A DNA stretch of 64,000 nt from Octopus sinensis (taxonomy: Eukaryota), in the NCBI RefSeq assembly GCF_006345805.1, contig NC_043022.1:7006001-7070000 (forward strand). Direction: 5' to 3'. Below are positions 52,298-64,000 of this stretch, one piece after another. The position numbers and the translations under genes were made by a program. Below the pieces are notes generated by a model. The model had not been told where the DNA came from, ran no database searches, and saw only the letters and a program-made list of their open reading frames with translations. How positions within the stretch are numbered: position 1 is the stretch's first letter; every line of letters begins with the position of its first letter.

Positions 52298-53053
52298 TTG
52301 GGGAAATTTTGAACCTGGTTTCTCATTCCCAAGGTATTTTTCGATGATGATGATGATGGTGGTGATGGTGATGATGATGATGTTGTTGTTGTTCAGGTCA
52401 CTGCCTGGAATCGAACTCGGAATCTTGGGGTTAGTAGCCTACGCTCTTAACCACTATGCCATATGCCCATGTGAAAAATAGCAGCCAAATCTTCCTCAAC
52501 TCACTTCCTTATGATCTTAAAAAAAAAAGAGAAGCATTCAACAGATAATTTAGTCCAAGGTAGACTATGACTGGTTGGGATGGTTGTGGTTAACCTGAAG
52601 TTGATTATCTTTCCTACAAAGGGTACAAAACCAGAAATTTTAGGGACAAAATAATCGATTCTGTTGATCCCAGTATATGACTGGGATTTAATAGATTAAA
52701 GACATTGTTAGGATTTGAACTCAGAACATAAAGATTTCCAGCAAAATATTGCAAATATTCTACTTCCAGCAGAATGGACTCTACTGAGGGTAGCCAAGGA
52801 CCGGGTGGCGGATGGGGGTAGGTGTTGGTGTTAAACTAGGCAATGGAGGAAATCTATCCCTCCAAGAACAATAGCATTTCTTGTTTCTGTTGATGAAGAG
52901 TAAAAGACACTTCCTCAGGATTCCCAGAACCTACAACACCATGTTTTCATAGGGAACTTAACCATGTGACCAAGTCTTCCCCCTCGCCCCCCCCCAATTC
53001 TTGAGAGAATTCTTATGTTTTGAATTTTGTCTCTTTGTATTTCTTCTCCCCAG

Positions 53054-53165
53054 CGGCAGCAGCACCATTTCGGAAATCGACTGGCCATGTGGACCGTCCA
53101 GCAGACATCCTCCAGACCAAGTTGGACGAGATGAGATCTAAACTGGTCAGTTTGAAGCAAAACAG
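53054..53165 (+). CDS. AFAP1-like: exon (112 nt, 1->2): start of coiled coil (LQTKLDEMRSKLVSLKQN)
   Basis: Acceptor ttcttctccccag, donor GTCAGT. Confidence 0.85.
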
Positions 53166-53829
53166 GTCAGTTGAACGATTGGGACGGAGGAATTCAATTT
53201 GGAAGGGAATGGTTTGGGAGTGTAATTAGGATGATGGAAAATCTACAGGAATCCAGTACCCGGGTACTTTGCAGGATTATGGATTACCATTGAATAGATT
53301 TTGTATCCAACCGACTCCTCTGCTCAGAAACTGGGGTGAGTCTTGTTAATTGTACGATTCTGGAGTGTCAGCTCAGGCTGTTTGGTCATGTTGCTCAGTT
53401 TTCCTGACTTAGACCTTGCTTACTGTGTTCTTTTCACTGAGGATCCGGTTGGGTTGATGGCTCATGTTGGTCTGCCACATGGTCACAGCAGATGAAGTGG
53501 TATCTTGCAGAGATGGGGACTGAGTGAGATTCTGCTCAGTGGGTCACCCAGGCAGACCCAGGAATAGCTTGACAAATGGTGAATGTAGCACATGCCCCAA
53601 CACCTGACCACCTGACCTGTGTGTGACACAGAGGCAAGTAAACCCTGAAGTTACCAATTTGAGGCCACTTAGAATAAAGATAAGGATGATGATGGGGGCT
53701 GGGATAGCAGGGGCTCCTGTCAGGGGCTTCAGTCATAAAATCCTGCCTTTGAATACTTCTCAAAGAAAGAAATGGATGTTAATTAGACAAACTTTATTGC
53801 GAAATACGGAAAATTAAAAATAACGAATT

Positions 53830-54130
53830 CTCGTGGCCGATGCCAGCACCGCCTCGACTGGCTTCCATGCCGGTGGCACATAAAATACACCAATCCGACC
53901 GTGGCCATTGCCAGCCTCACCTGGCACCTGTGCAGGTGGCACGTAAAAAGCACCCACTACACTCACGGAGTGGTTGGCGTTAGGAAGGGCATCCAGCTGT
54001 AGAAACATTGCCAGATTAGACTGGAGCCTGGTGCAGCCTTCTGGCTTCCCAGATCCCCGGTCGAACCGTCCAACCCATGCTAGCATGGAGAACGGACGTT
54101 AAACGATGATGATGATGATGATGTTGATGA
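53830..54130 (+). mobile_element. SINE/LINE-tail repeat ending in (GAT)n (RTE-tail type, family D)
   Basis: GTTAGGAAGGGCATCCAGC...CATGCTAGCATGG...(GAT)n; copies at ~1030-1170, 13833-13982, 16500-16932, 26660-26830, 30945-31350(-), 35165-35520(-) and 46306-46452. Confidence 0.85.
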
Positions 54131-54164
54131 TGAGTTTGTAAAATGAAGCTTTTTTATATTTCAG

Positions 54165-54357
54165 AATTGCAACACGAGACAAGAAACTGCGAGCGAGTGA
54201 TAGCAACGAGCGATTAGAGTATGAAGAGGAATACAACCGACTTGATACTGAATGTCGTGTGACGGATGAAGAAATAAGTAAACTGGAGAAGATGCTGAAG
54301 AGTGAAGAAGCGGATGAGGAGGATGAAGCATCAAGATTTTCTGTGTCAGAAGCCTAA
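54165..54357 (+). CDS. AFAP1-like: last coding exon (phase 2): IATRDKK...RLDTECR...FSVSEA*
   Basis: Acceptor tttatatttcag; TAA at 54355-54357 is in frame. Confidence 0.85.
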
Positions 54358-55344
54358 TATGGACGATGTTTTGTTCCTAGATTTGGTGAGTAATGCTTGC
54401 CCAATCCTGACTCCCCACCAACAGTTGGACATTTCTTTCTTTATTTGATCAACTGAAGTTTCTTAAATTAATGTAGAAATGGCTGAGTACCCTCATTCTA
54501 AAAGAGGGGTCCCACAGGTTGTTAAAGTTTTGGTCCTGGTACTAAAGATGGGACCCCACAAGTTCTTAGGGACTTGATATTTGCCCTTTGTAACAGAAAT
54601 CTCTTTGCTGCTATGCAGTTACCTAACATTCTAGAAAGAGCAGCCAGATCGCCTTCGAATCATCACACTATCTTAAGAGAAAACAAAGACACATTGGACT
54701 AGGTAACATTAGATATATGAACGGATGGCATGGTCATGGCTGGAGTGTCTTTCATTATCAGAAATGTATCTGTTGTAACAGAACTGGGTTGAGGTTAAAC
54801 AGTGACCATGCCGTCCATACCTTTGTTTGGAGCAATCGTCCATAACAGACCACCACTACCGCGACGTCCATGACTGACACCCCCTCCCCTCCCAATAACA
54901 ACAACAACAACAATGATGAGGAAATCTTGAGATGTCATTGATTGAGTGACCACGACAAATCTGGACCATTCAATTACTGGTGCCTTCTATTTGATGGGCT
55001 TCCTCACAGTTTCGATTGAGCCAGTGTCTGGGTCAATCTGAGGCAATGGTGACGCTTGCCTAAGAAACCAGGTTGTGGCATTGAACTTGGGACCTCATAA
55101 CTGCAAAACAAACTTCTAAACCCCTCAACCATCTCCTTTAACCAGATTAGAGTGACCCCTTGTTAAGGGTTTACTTATATTAGCCTCAATCTGTTTAAAA
55201 CCCTAATGACTTCCCATCCTGTTCTCAGTCCTTTATAACTCCCATTACTGATCTGTTAAGCCCAAACCCCTCTCAACCCTTTAAGCTCCCTCCCCCCTAA
55301 ATGAGGGCTTTTTTCCCTTTTATTGTTGTTGTTGTTATTACAAT

Positions 55345-55853
55345 GCAGCAAGCTGGCAGAATCATCAACTTGTCAGACAAAAGTGCTTTGTAGCATTTCG
55401 TCTGTCTTGAATTCTACCGAGGTTGGCAGTGCCTTTCGTCCCTTTTTAGGGTTCATAAAATAATTACTCATTGATCACTTGGGTCAGTGAATCGACTTAT
55501 CTCCCACCCTGAACTTACTGGTCATGTGTCAAAATTTGAAGCTATGGCATTTCGTCTGTCTTGAATTCTACTGAGGTTGGCAGTGCCTTTCGTCCCTTTT
55601 TAGGGTTCATAAAATAATTACTCATTGATCACTTGGGTCAATGAATCGACTTATCTCCCACCCTGAACTTACTGGTCATGTGTCAAAATTTGAAGCTATG
55701 GCATTTCGTCTGTCTTGAATTCTACTGAGGTTGGCAGTGCCTTTCGTCCCTTTTTAGGGTTCATAAAATAATTACTCATTGATCACTTGGGTCAGTGAAT
55801 CGACATATCTCCCACCCTGAACTTACTGGTCATGTGTCAAAATTTGAAGCTAT
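55345..55853 (+). repeat. diverged SINE family B with 154-bp unit x3
   Basis: gcatttcgtctg recurs at 55393, 55547 and 55701. Confidence 0.85.
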
Positions 55854-56091
55854 TATTATTATTATTATCATCAAAATTATTATTATTATTAATGAGGTGA
55901 ACTGGCAGAGTCATTAGCTCACTGGACAAAATGCTAAGCAGTATTTCACTCGTCGCTGTGTAATTGACTCATCCCCTTCTCCTAAATTGTTGCCCTTGTG
56001 GAAAAATTTCAAACTAATGTTGTTGTTGTTGTTGTTAACTGGCACAGTCATTAGCACACTGGAGAAAATGCTTTACACTCTGGGTTCAAAT

Positions 56092-56617
56092 CATTCATCA
56101 TCATCATTGTTCGAGCGTGGTCGAGACAATGGAATTTACTATGTTACGCCAGACTTCACGGTCCATCATTGCATTACGGAGGTCCTGTTGCTGGATGCCT
56201 GTATCCCTGGAGATTACATCAGGGTAGGAGAGTGTGCGCCCTCTGGTATTGCGAGTAGATGGCTTCCAGAGGAGAAGAGTAGAAATTACTTCTTTTTCAG
56301 CTCTACAACAATGTCCAGCAAACTGGACTCTCCTACCTTTCACAAAAGATGACACAGGTGGTAGTTTCCCATATATTTGCATTTTGGTTGGATGGCGCTT
56401 CCACGAGAGATTTTGAGCTCTCATAAGGAGTCGAGTGTAGGTTCCATCCAACCGCCTCTCAAGCTTCTTTGATAACGTCCAGGTTTCTGAGCCATATAGT
56501 AGAATTGGTTCGACTGTGGCTTTGAATATTTCAAGTTTGAAGTCTCTACTTAGATTTGATGACCAGATCTTATGCATGTCATTACAGGCTGACCAGGCCA
56601 TACCCTTTCTAGTTAGA
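56092..56617 (-). mobile_element. 5'-truncated RTE-like LINE with open ORF2 C-terminus, (TGA)n tail and 7-bp TSD
   Basis: ILLYGSETWTL..RRVQFAGHC..DREVWR*; TTCAAAT at 56085-56091 and 56618-56624. Confidence 0.85.
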
Positions 56618-56911
56618 TTCAAATACTGCTGCAACTGACTTTGTCTTTCATCTTTTCTGATAAAATAAGTACCAGTTGTACACTGGGGTTGATGTGATTG
56701 ACTTGGTCCCCACACTCAAAATTTCACATTATTATTATCATTGAGCAGCACAGCCACCATCAAAGTGATGTTGAGGTCCAAATATACAACACCCAATATA
56801 CCCATTGTGATTACCCATCTGACATGGGTACACCAGGCATGTGCATCACAGCCATATGTGCACGATGTGATCGCATCAGTTCTAGTAGTAGTAACTGTGA
56901 TGTCTCTTTTA

Positions 56912-57124
56912 CTCTCTCTTTACTCTTTTACTTGTTTCAGTCATTTGACTGCGGCCATGCTGGAGCACCACCTTTAGTTGAGCAAATCGACCCCGGGACT
57001 TATTCTTTTGTAAGCCCGGTACTTATTCTATCGGTCTCTTTTGCCGAACCGCTAAGTGACGGGGACGTAATCACACCAGCATCGGTTGTCAAGCAATGCT
57101 AGGGAGACAAACAGACACAAACAC

Positions 57125-57157
<33 letters not shown>

Positions 57158-57430
57158 CATATATACGACAGGCTTCTTTCAGTTTCCGTCTGCCAAATCC
57201 ACTCACAAGGCATTGGTCGGCCCGGGGCTATAGCAGAAGACACTTGCCCAAGATGCCACGCAATGGGACTGAACCCGGAACCATGTGGTTGGTTAGCAAG
57301 CTACTTACCACACAGCCACTCCTGCGCCTATGCCACTCCTGCGCCTATGCCACTCCTGCGCCTATGCCACTCCTGCGCCTATGCCACTCCTGCGCCTATG
57401 CCACTCCTGCGCCTATGCCACTCCTGCGCC
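56912..57430 (-). mobile_element. SINE family A with 17-bp 5'-end tandem array
   Basis: GCCACTCCTGCGCCTAT repeated ~6.8 times at 57315-57430. Confidence 0.88.
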
Positions 57431-58182
57431 TGATGTGTGTTTTTGTTTTAATTAATTTTTTTCTTCAATTTTCCAGTTTCTCAGAATTGAATTTTCTCTC
57501 TTTTGTTCTTTCTCCACTTTCAGATTAATTCCTAAACTTAGCAGAAAGTTGACCAAATCTCCAAGACTGGGGGCATCAAGAGTTGCTGTTTTCTGGAGGT
57601 CACTCATTGAAGCAAGGAACTGCAATCTTACCAATTTGCTTACCTTTATCTTCACCAACTCAGTCAATGGGGAGGGCCATCTTTGGAAACCAAAAGATTG
57701 CAAATTTACCAACTAACAAACCAACTGACCAACCAAACTTCTTCCCTTATCTCTTCATTGAATGAAACTCTTGGAAGAGACAAGGAGAATGTTGGTGCCA
57801 TTTCCCTCTTACCATTGTACAGAGAACATTGACAACAACACTGTACAGAATTTGGAATATATAACACATACAAACAATGAGGTGTGCTCAAGCATGAGTG
57901 GGTGTGAAATGGGAGATGTGTATGTGTGTGCGTGTTTGTAGTTCTGTTAGGAGAGAGAGAGAGAGAGATAAAATGTGTGTGTGTAGCTGTGTGTCAATAC
58001 TGTATATATTAATGAGTTTGTGTGACTATATAGATTAAATCTCTGTGTGCGTGCATATATATATTTCTGATGTGTATGTTGTTTTATGTAAATATACATG
58101 CATACATACATCTATATATGTAATGTGTATATGTCTATAAAAATATATAAAATGTGTGTATATATAATATATATATATATAC

Positions 58183-58213
<31 letters not shown>

Positions 58214-59062
58214 ATATATATATATATATATAAGTGTCTCTAATTTAATATAATATATATATTATATATAATATATTAAGTCTTCAGCGCTCTGCCAGTC
58301 TTGTCTTACCAAATACCTTAATCTCTAACCAAAGTTGATGAATGTAAACTGAGAAAATTCTTTCCACACCACCCACTACAACCCATGCCTTTATGCAAAT
58401 CCTCAACAAAGTGTCTCCCTATTTTTGTCCCCTACCAACCACATCCCACAAAACCCTATTAAACCCAGTTTAATCCTTCAGACCAAAACAGCAATTTAAT
58501 TCCATGTCAATTAATTTGTAAAATTAACGATTCGTTATTTTTCTTGACACAGATGGGATCTCATAAGTTGTTTGGGACTTGACCCTCATTCTAAAAGATG
58601 GGACCCCACAAGTTCTTAGGGACTTGATATTTGCCCTTTGCAACAGAAATCTCTTTGCTGCTATGCAGTTACCCAACATGCTAGAAAGAGCAGCCGGATT
58701 GCCCTCGAATCATCACACTATCTTGAGAGAAAACAAAGACACATTGGACAAGTTAGCATTAGATATATGAACGGATGGCATGGTCATGGCTGGAGTGCCT
58801 TTCATTATCAGAACTGTATCTGTTGTAACAGAACTGGGTTGAGGTTAAACAGTGACCATGCCGTCCATACCTTTGTTTGGAGCAATCGTCCATAACAGAC
58901 CACCACTACTGCGACGTCCATGACTGACACCCCCTCCCCTCCCAATAACAACAACAACAACAATGATGAGGAAATCTTGAGGTGTCATTGATTGAGTGAC
59001 CCTGCTTTTCGAAAAACCAATTCCCCTTGCTTCTTCTCATCCGCTCTTCTGCAGTTTTCGAA

Positions 59063-59125
<63 letters not shown>

Positions 59126-59508
59126 GACTTGCTGTCTGCCTCTCTCTCTCTCTCTCTGTCTCTCTGTCTTTCTTTTTTCTATTTCACAACATACTAACAT
59201 ATTCACAAGTTCCATGTTACAGTAACTCACATACGTACGTACCATAGTACTCACTCACAGCACACACACACACACACATGCACACACACACTCACACACA
59301 CACACGCACGCACACACATTCACACACCATAAATTCCTCCAAGAGCAGAGAGTGGAGAGAAGAAAGAAAAGGAAGACCAATTCAATTTAATTTCAAAACT
59401 ATTTTTGTCTGGTGTTAACCTCTGAGTTATCTCCCTTTGTATCCCCGTCAACTCTACGTCAGTTGTCTCCCTTTAATCCCTCCAGGATTTCTGTGAACAC
59501 CACAAGTG

Positions 59509-59825
59509 AGGGCGCGTAGCTTAGTGGTTAGGGCATTCGGCTCATGATCGTAAGGTTGTGAGTTCGATTCCCGGCGACGCGTTGTGTCCTTGAGCAAGAC
59601 ACTTTATTTCACGTTGCTCCAGTCCACTCAGCTGGCAAAAATGAGTTGTACTTGTATTTCAAAGGGTCAGCCTTGTCACTCTCTGTGTCACGCTGATTAT
59701 CCCCGAGAACTACGTTAAGGGTACACGTGTCTGTGGAATGCTCAGCCATTTGCACGTTAACTTCACGAGCAAGCTGTTCCGTTGATCGTATCAGCTGGGA
59801 CCCTCGTCGTCGTAACCGGCGGAGT
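59509..59825 (+). mobile_element. tRNA-derived SINE family C
   Basis: A and B boxes (TAGCTTAGTGGTTAG, GAGTTCGATTCCC); related copies at ~14455-14760(-), 29445-29720(+), 31760-32070(-) and 47995-48330(-). Confidence 0.8.
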
Positions 59826-60192
59826 CTTTAGAACACCACAAGGCACCTATTAATGTAGGCTATGTCTACCTTTCCCCCTCGAATTTCTGGCATCATGTCT
59901 CTGTAATCCTAACTAGAAATGATCATCGATGTGAATTCACAGAATCGGTAGAGAATCAGACCAAATGCGTTTGTGCTATTTCTTCAGCTCTGTTTACATT
60001 CTGTGTTCGAACCCCATCGAAGTCACCTGTGCCTTTCATCCTTCCTGGGTCGATTAAATAATGAACCAGTCCAGACAACTAACATCCTTCCCTTCCCTTC
60101 AAAATTACAGCCCTAATTAGGTACCATTAATTATTTTGATTAGTTCTTTATCAGAGTTGATTGTTTCAAAACGATTTAATTGAATTGTCCTC

Positions 60193-60223
<31 letters not shown>

Positions 60224-61084
60224 GTGCAAATGGTGATAGTGATTTTGTTGTTGATGATGATGATGGTGATGAGGGTGATAGTGATTTTGTTGTTGATGAT
60301 GATGATGGTGATGAGGGTGATAGTGATTTTGTTGTTGATGAGGGTGATGGTGATGATGTGACTCCTGTAATCTGCTCCAAAAACAGTTTGTTAAACCCAA
60401 AACTTCAGATCTGCCAATTACAAGCCATTTTACTTCAGGACTCAAAGGAGACACACAGACAGACCATTCCTATTTGCTTCCACTTGACCATTTTAACACA
60501 GGAACCAAAGGGAAGAAAGAAAAAAAAAAAAAAGAGAGCCTTTCCATGGCTGCTGAACCTTGTAGAAACGGTAGCTAAACTCACTCTAAAACGATAGTCT
60601 GCTGTCTTTAAAAACTGGCAGGACAAATTGGATAATGTACTCCTATATACACTTTGCCTAGCTAATAAAAAAGACAGGCTGGATTGCTTCAGTCGATGAC
60701 CACTAACCTGGGGTTAAACAACACTCCATGGATCCTCTCCGATCTCCATCCAATTTTGACAAACGACCAATTATGGTGAGCAACAAATTCCACAGGAGGT
60801 TTTCGAGAGGAATTTCATGGACCAAAATCTTTGATTTTTCTCAATTCCTATCATTTATTGATTAGATTGATATCTGATAGAAAAAAAAAATACCAACAAC
60901 AAAAAAAAAAGACACAAAATAAAATGTAATAAAGTGTATTTATTTAGCCTGTCTTTTAATTTATCGCATAATTATGATTAAGAATAAATTTTTTTTTTGA
61001 AGTAAAGAAATAATTTAAACAGTTTTGTTTTGTTCTTTATTTTTGTTTAATTTATTGTTTTCTTTCTCAACCAACTTGCTCTTT

Positions 61085-61478
61085 TACTCTTTTACTTGTT
61101 TCAGTCATTTGACTGCGGCCATGCTGGAGCACCGCCTTTAATCGAGCAAATCGACCCCGGGACTTATTCTTTTGTAAGCCCAGTACTTATTCTATCGGTC
61201 TCTTTTGCCGAACCGCTAAGTGACGGGGACGTAAACACACCAGCATTGGTTGTCAAGCAATGCTAGGGGGAGAAACACACACACACAAACATACACATAT
61301 ATATATATACATATATACGACAGGCTTCTTTCAGTTTCCGTCTACCAAATCCACTCACAAGGCATTGGTCGGCCCGGGGCTATAGCAGAAGACACTTGCC
61401 CAAGATGCCACGCAATAGGTCTGAACCCGGAACCATGTGGTTGGTTAGCAAGCTACTTACCACACAGCCACTCCTGCG
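61085..61478 (-). mobile_element. SINE family A
   Basis: Similarity to other copies. Confidence 0.9.
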
Positions 61479-61899
61479 TTCTTGATAATTTTTTTTTTTT
61501 TGGAGGGGGGTTAGAGTTTGTTTTATGAATATATTTGCAGGAAGAAAAGGAGGGAAAACATTAAAAGATATAAAAGATCCACTTCAGCAAGGGAACAAAG
61601 TAAAAAAAGGTGGAGGGGGGGGGTAAGCTGCAGAAAATAGGGTTGGGGGGTGGGAGTAACATTCCAGACCAAATGGTGAGTTGAACACCATTGGAGGAAC
61701 GGACGCACGGACAGACGGAGGAACGGATGGACAGAGAAACACAACAGCCGTGGGCATGATTGCAAAGGTGCTGCAGCAGAGAATAGCCAGTGCCATTTGC
61801 TGCAGCAGCCATCCACACCTCGTGCGTTTCTGCATTTGCCAAACGTAAATTATGTTGACAGATACCATGTTCTTATTTAGCAGGGAATCTCTTTCAGCA

Positions 61900-63075
61900 C
61901 TGATGCTTCACTCCATCCATCCATCCATTCCTCCACCCACCTATCCATCCATCCATTCCTCCACCCACCCATCCATCCATCCACCATTCCTCCACCCACT
62001 CATCCATCCATCTATTCTTCCAACCAACCATCCATCCATCCATCCATTCCTCCACCCACTCATCCATCCATCTATTCTTCCAACCAACCATCCATCCATC
62101 CATCCATTCCTCCACCCATCCATCCATCCATTCTTCCATCCATCAATCCATTCTTCCATCCATCCATCCATTCCTCCATCCATCCATCCATCCATTCTTC
62201 CACCCATCCATCCATCCATTCCTCCATCCATCCATCCATCCATACATCCATCCATTCCTCCACTCACCCATCCATTCCTCCACTCACCCATCCATTCCTC
62301 CATCCACCCATCCATCCATCCATTCCTCCACCCATCCATCCATCCATTCTTCCACCCATCCATACATCCATCCATTCCTCCATCCACCCATCCATCCATC
62401 CATTCTTCCACCCATCCATACATCCATCCATTCCTCCATCCACCCATCCATCCATCCATACATCCATCCATTCCTCCACCCACCCACCCATCCATCCATC
62501 CATTCTTCCACCCATCCATACAGCCATCCATTCCTCCACTCACCCATCCATCCATCATCCATCCTCCACCCACTCATCCATCCATCTATTCTTCCAACCA
62601 ACCATCCATCCATCCATCCATTCCTCCACCCACTCATCCATCCATCTATTCTTCCAACCAACCATCCATCCATCCATCCATTCCTCCCCTCCCATCCATC
62701 CATCCATTCTCCATCATCCCATTCTCACACCATCCATCCATCCATCCTCCATCCATCCCCATCCATTCTTCCACCATCCATCCATTCCTCCCTCCATCTC
62801 CATCCCATCCATTCCTCCATCACCCATCCATCCATCCATCCTCACCCATCCATCATCCATTCTTCCACCCATCCATACATCCATCATTCCTCCATCCACC
62901 CTCCATCCATCCATTCTTCCACCCATCCATACATCATCCATCCTCCATCCACCATCCATCCATCCATACATCCATCTCCTCACCCACCCCCCATCCATCC
63001 ATCCATTCTTCCACCCATCCATACAGCCATCCATTCCTCCACTCACCCATCCATCCATCCATTCCTCCATCCACC
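61900..63075. repeat. (CCAT)n-based satellite
   Basis: Visible directly; a short inverted (GGAT)n tract lies at ~63440-63530. Confidence 0.95.
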
Positions 63076-63774
63076 CAAACATCTATTTATCTATCCGACC
63101 ATTCATGCAAGCATTATTCCACCCCTACATCCTTGAATCCATTCCTCAAAGCTTCCCTCAGGCCATCCAGTCACTTCTCCACTCACCCAGGGGTCTATAA
63201 TTTCATCCATGCACACATCCGAACACCCATCCGTGTATATCCGTATTTATGCATCCCATGTCTTCCTTTTGTCCCTGATCCTTCGATTCGTCTTTCCATT
63301 CCTCAGGCCGACCCCTAAAACAGCGCATGAATGGAGATACGAAGGAGGAACTGACCAACAGCGAAACGCAGTGGGGTGGTTGACGGGCGAAGAAACGGAA
63401 CGGACGGGGAAAAGGGAAGACGGACAAAAGAGGATGAACGGGTATGATGGATGGATGGGTGGGTGGGGGAATGGATGGGTGGGTGGAGGAATGGATGGAT
63501 GGATGAGTGGGTGGAGGAATGGATGGATGATGAACTGAGAGAAGAAAAAGATGGATTGAGAGGGGAGGAACGGATGGATGGACAGAGAAACCAACGGTCG
63601 GACGAAATGGACTGGGTAACGGACGAAAGGAGAAAGAGAAGAGTGGAGAAAATGACTGGCCGACGCTCGGATAGAAAATATATCTTCATATTTTATTATG
63701 AAAGTGAATTATCTCCCCGTAACTGTCTTTCAAGGGAGACAACTCTTTAAAAGCCTGTTTTAGTTTTATAATTA

Positions 63775-64000
63775 ACTAGCAGTATCGCCCGGCGTTGCTC
63801 GGGTTTGTAAGGGAAATAACTATATAAGCATTTTTAGAGAGTTACTTGCCTTATAGATGCCAATTCGGGCTTTCTTAGCCATTTCTGTTTTGGTGTCTTC
63901 AAGCCATGAAGTCGTTGTTCTAAAAGAACGCTGGTCTCCTTGACAACGCTTTACGACGTTGATTTCCTTACACTCCCTTCCCCACAGCTTCACGAGGGAG
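63775..64000 (+). mobile_element. probable non-autonomous Helitron/Helentron-like element start, truncated by the window edge
   Basis: ACTAGC start followed by a CCCGG-CGTTG-CTCGGG hairpin. Confidence 0.55.

Larger units (their letters stand above)
659..54357 (+). other. AFAP1-like: AFAP1/AFAP1L-family adaptor gene span (13 in-window coding exons; 5' end outside window)
   Basis: Exons join in frame at every GT-AG junction (phases 0-2-1-1-2-0-0-1-1-0-0-1-2) to 2829 nt. PH1 (LMCYKSEQDLRP, YELKLVHPTSDTLHFSV), PH2 (YLNIYSS..RWGKRWCLVK, WLAVLMAET) and the coiled coil (RLDTECR) resemble vertebrate AFAP1 as I recall it; no database search was run. Confidence 0.85.
54386..58552 (+). other. probable 3'-UTR intron
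   Basis: GTGAGT donor 28 nt after the stop; acceptor ttcgttatttttcttgacacag at 58551-58552. No transcript evidence. Confidence 0.55.
54489..59001 (+). repeat. dispersed direct duplication: 54489-54951 vs 58582-59001
   Basis: Near-identical over ~420 bp, including non-repeat flanks. Confidence 0.9.

Noticed and set aside
61765-61812. pre-miRNA hairpin (TGCTGCAGCA twice)
   Set aside because: The stem is only ~14 bp, too short for a pre-miRNA.
61852-63318. 488-aa HPSI-repeat ORF
   Set aside because: Translation of (CCAT)n; no splice or domain support.

Overview
Eukaryotic, AT-rich, microsatellite-rich genomic DNA. The SINE, LINE and MITE repertoire points to an octopus (cephalopod) genome; this is inferred from repeat families. 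Most of the window is one + strand gene, an AFAP1/AFAP1L-family adaptor. I assembled 13 coding exons by hand from 659 to 54357, all GT-AG and phase-consistent, totalling 2829 nt (942 aa + stop). The 5' end lies upstream of the window. The protein has Tyr/Pro-rich N-terminal motifs, PH1, PH2, a long Ser-rich linker and a C-terminal coiled coil. The gene includes an 18-nt microexon and a probable 3'-UTR intron. The introns are packed with tRNA-derived SINEs, LINE fragments (CR1/L2-like, Tx1/L1-like, RTE, RLE-type), two mariner-superfamily transposons (DD34D and DD37D), MITEs with diagnostic TSDs, a Penelope GIY-YIG remnant and a probable Helitron start. The most notable non-obvious structure is a ~2-kb intronic element (27382-29396) bounded by ~205-bp inverted repeats, each carrying a complete type I hammerhead ribozyme motif. 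Two further, degenerate hammerhead motifs lie elsewhere in the gene.
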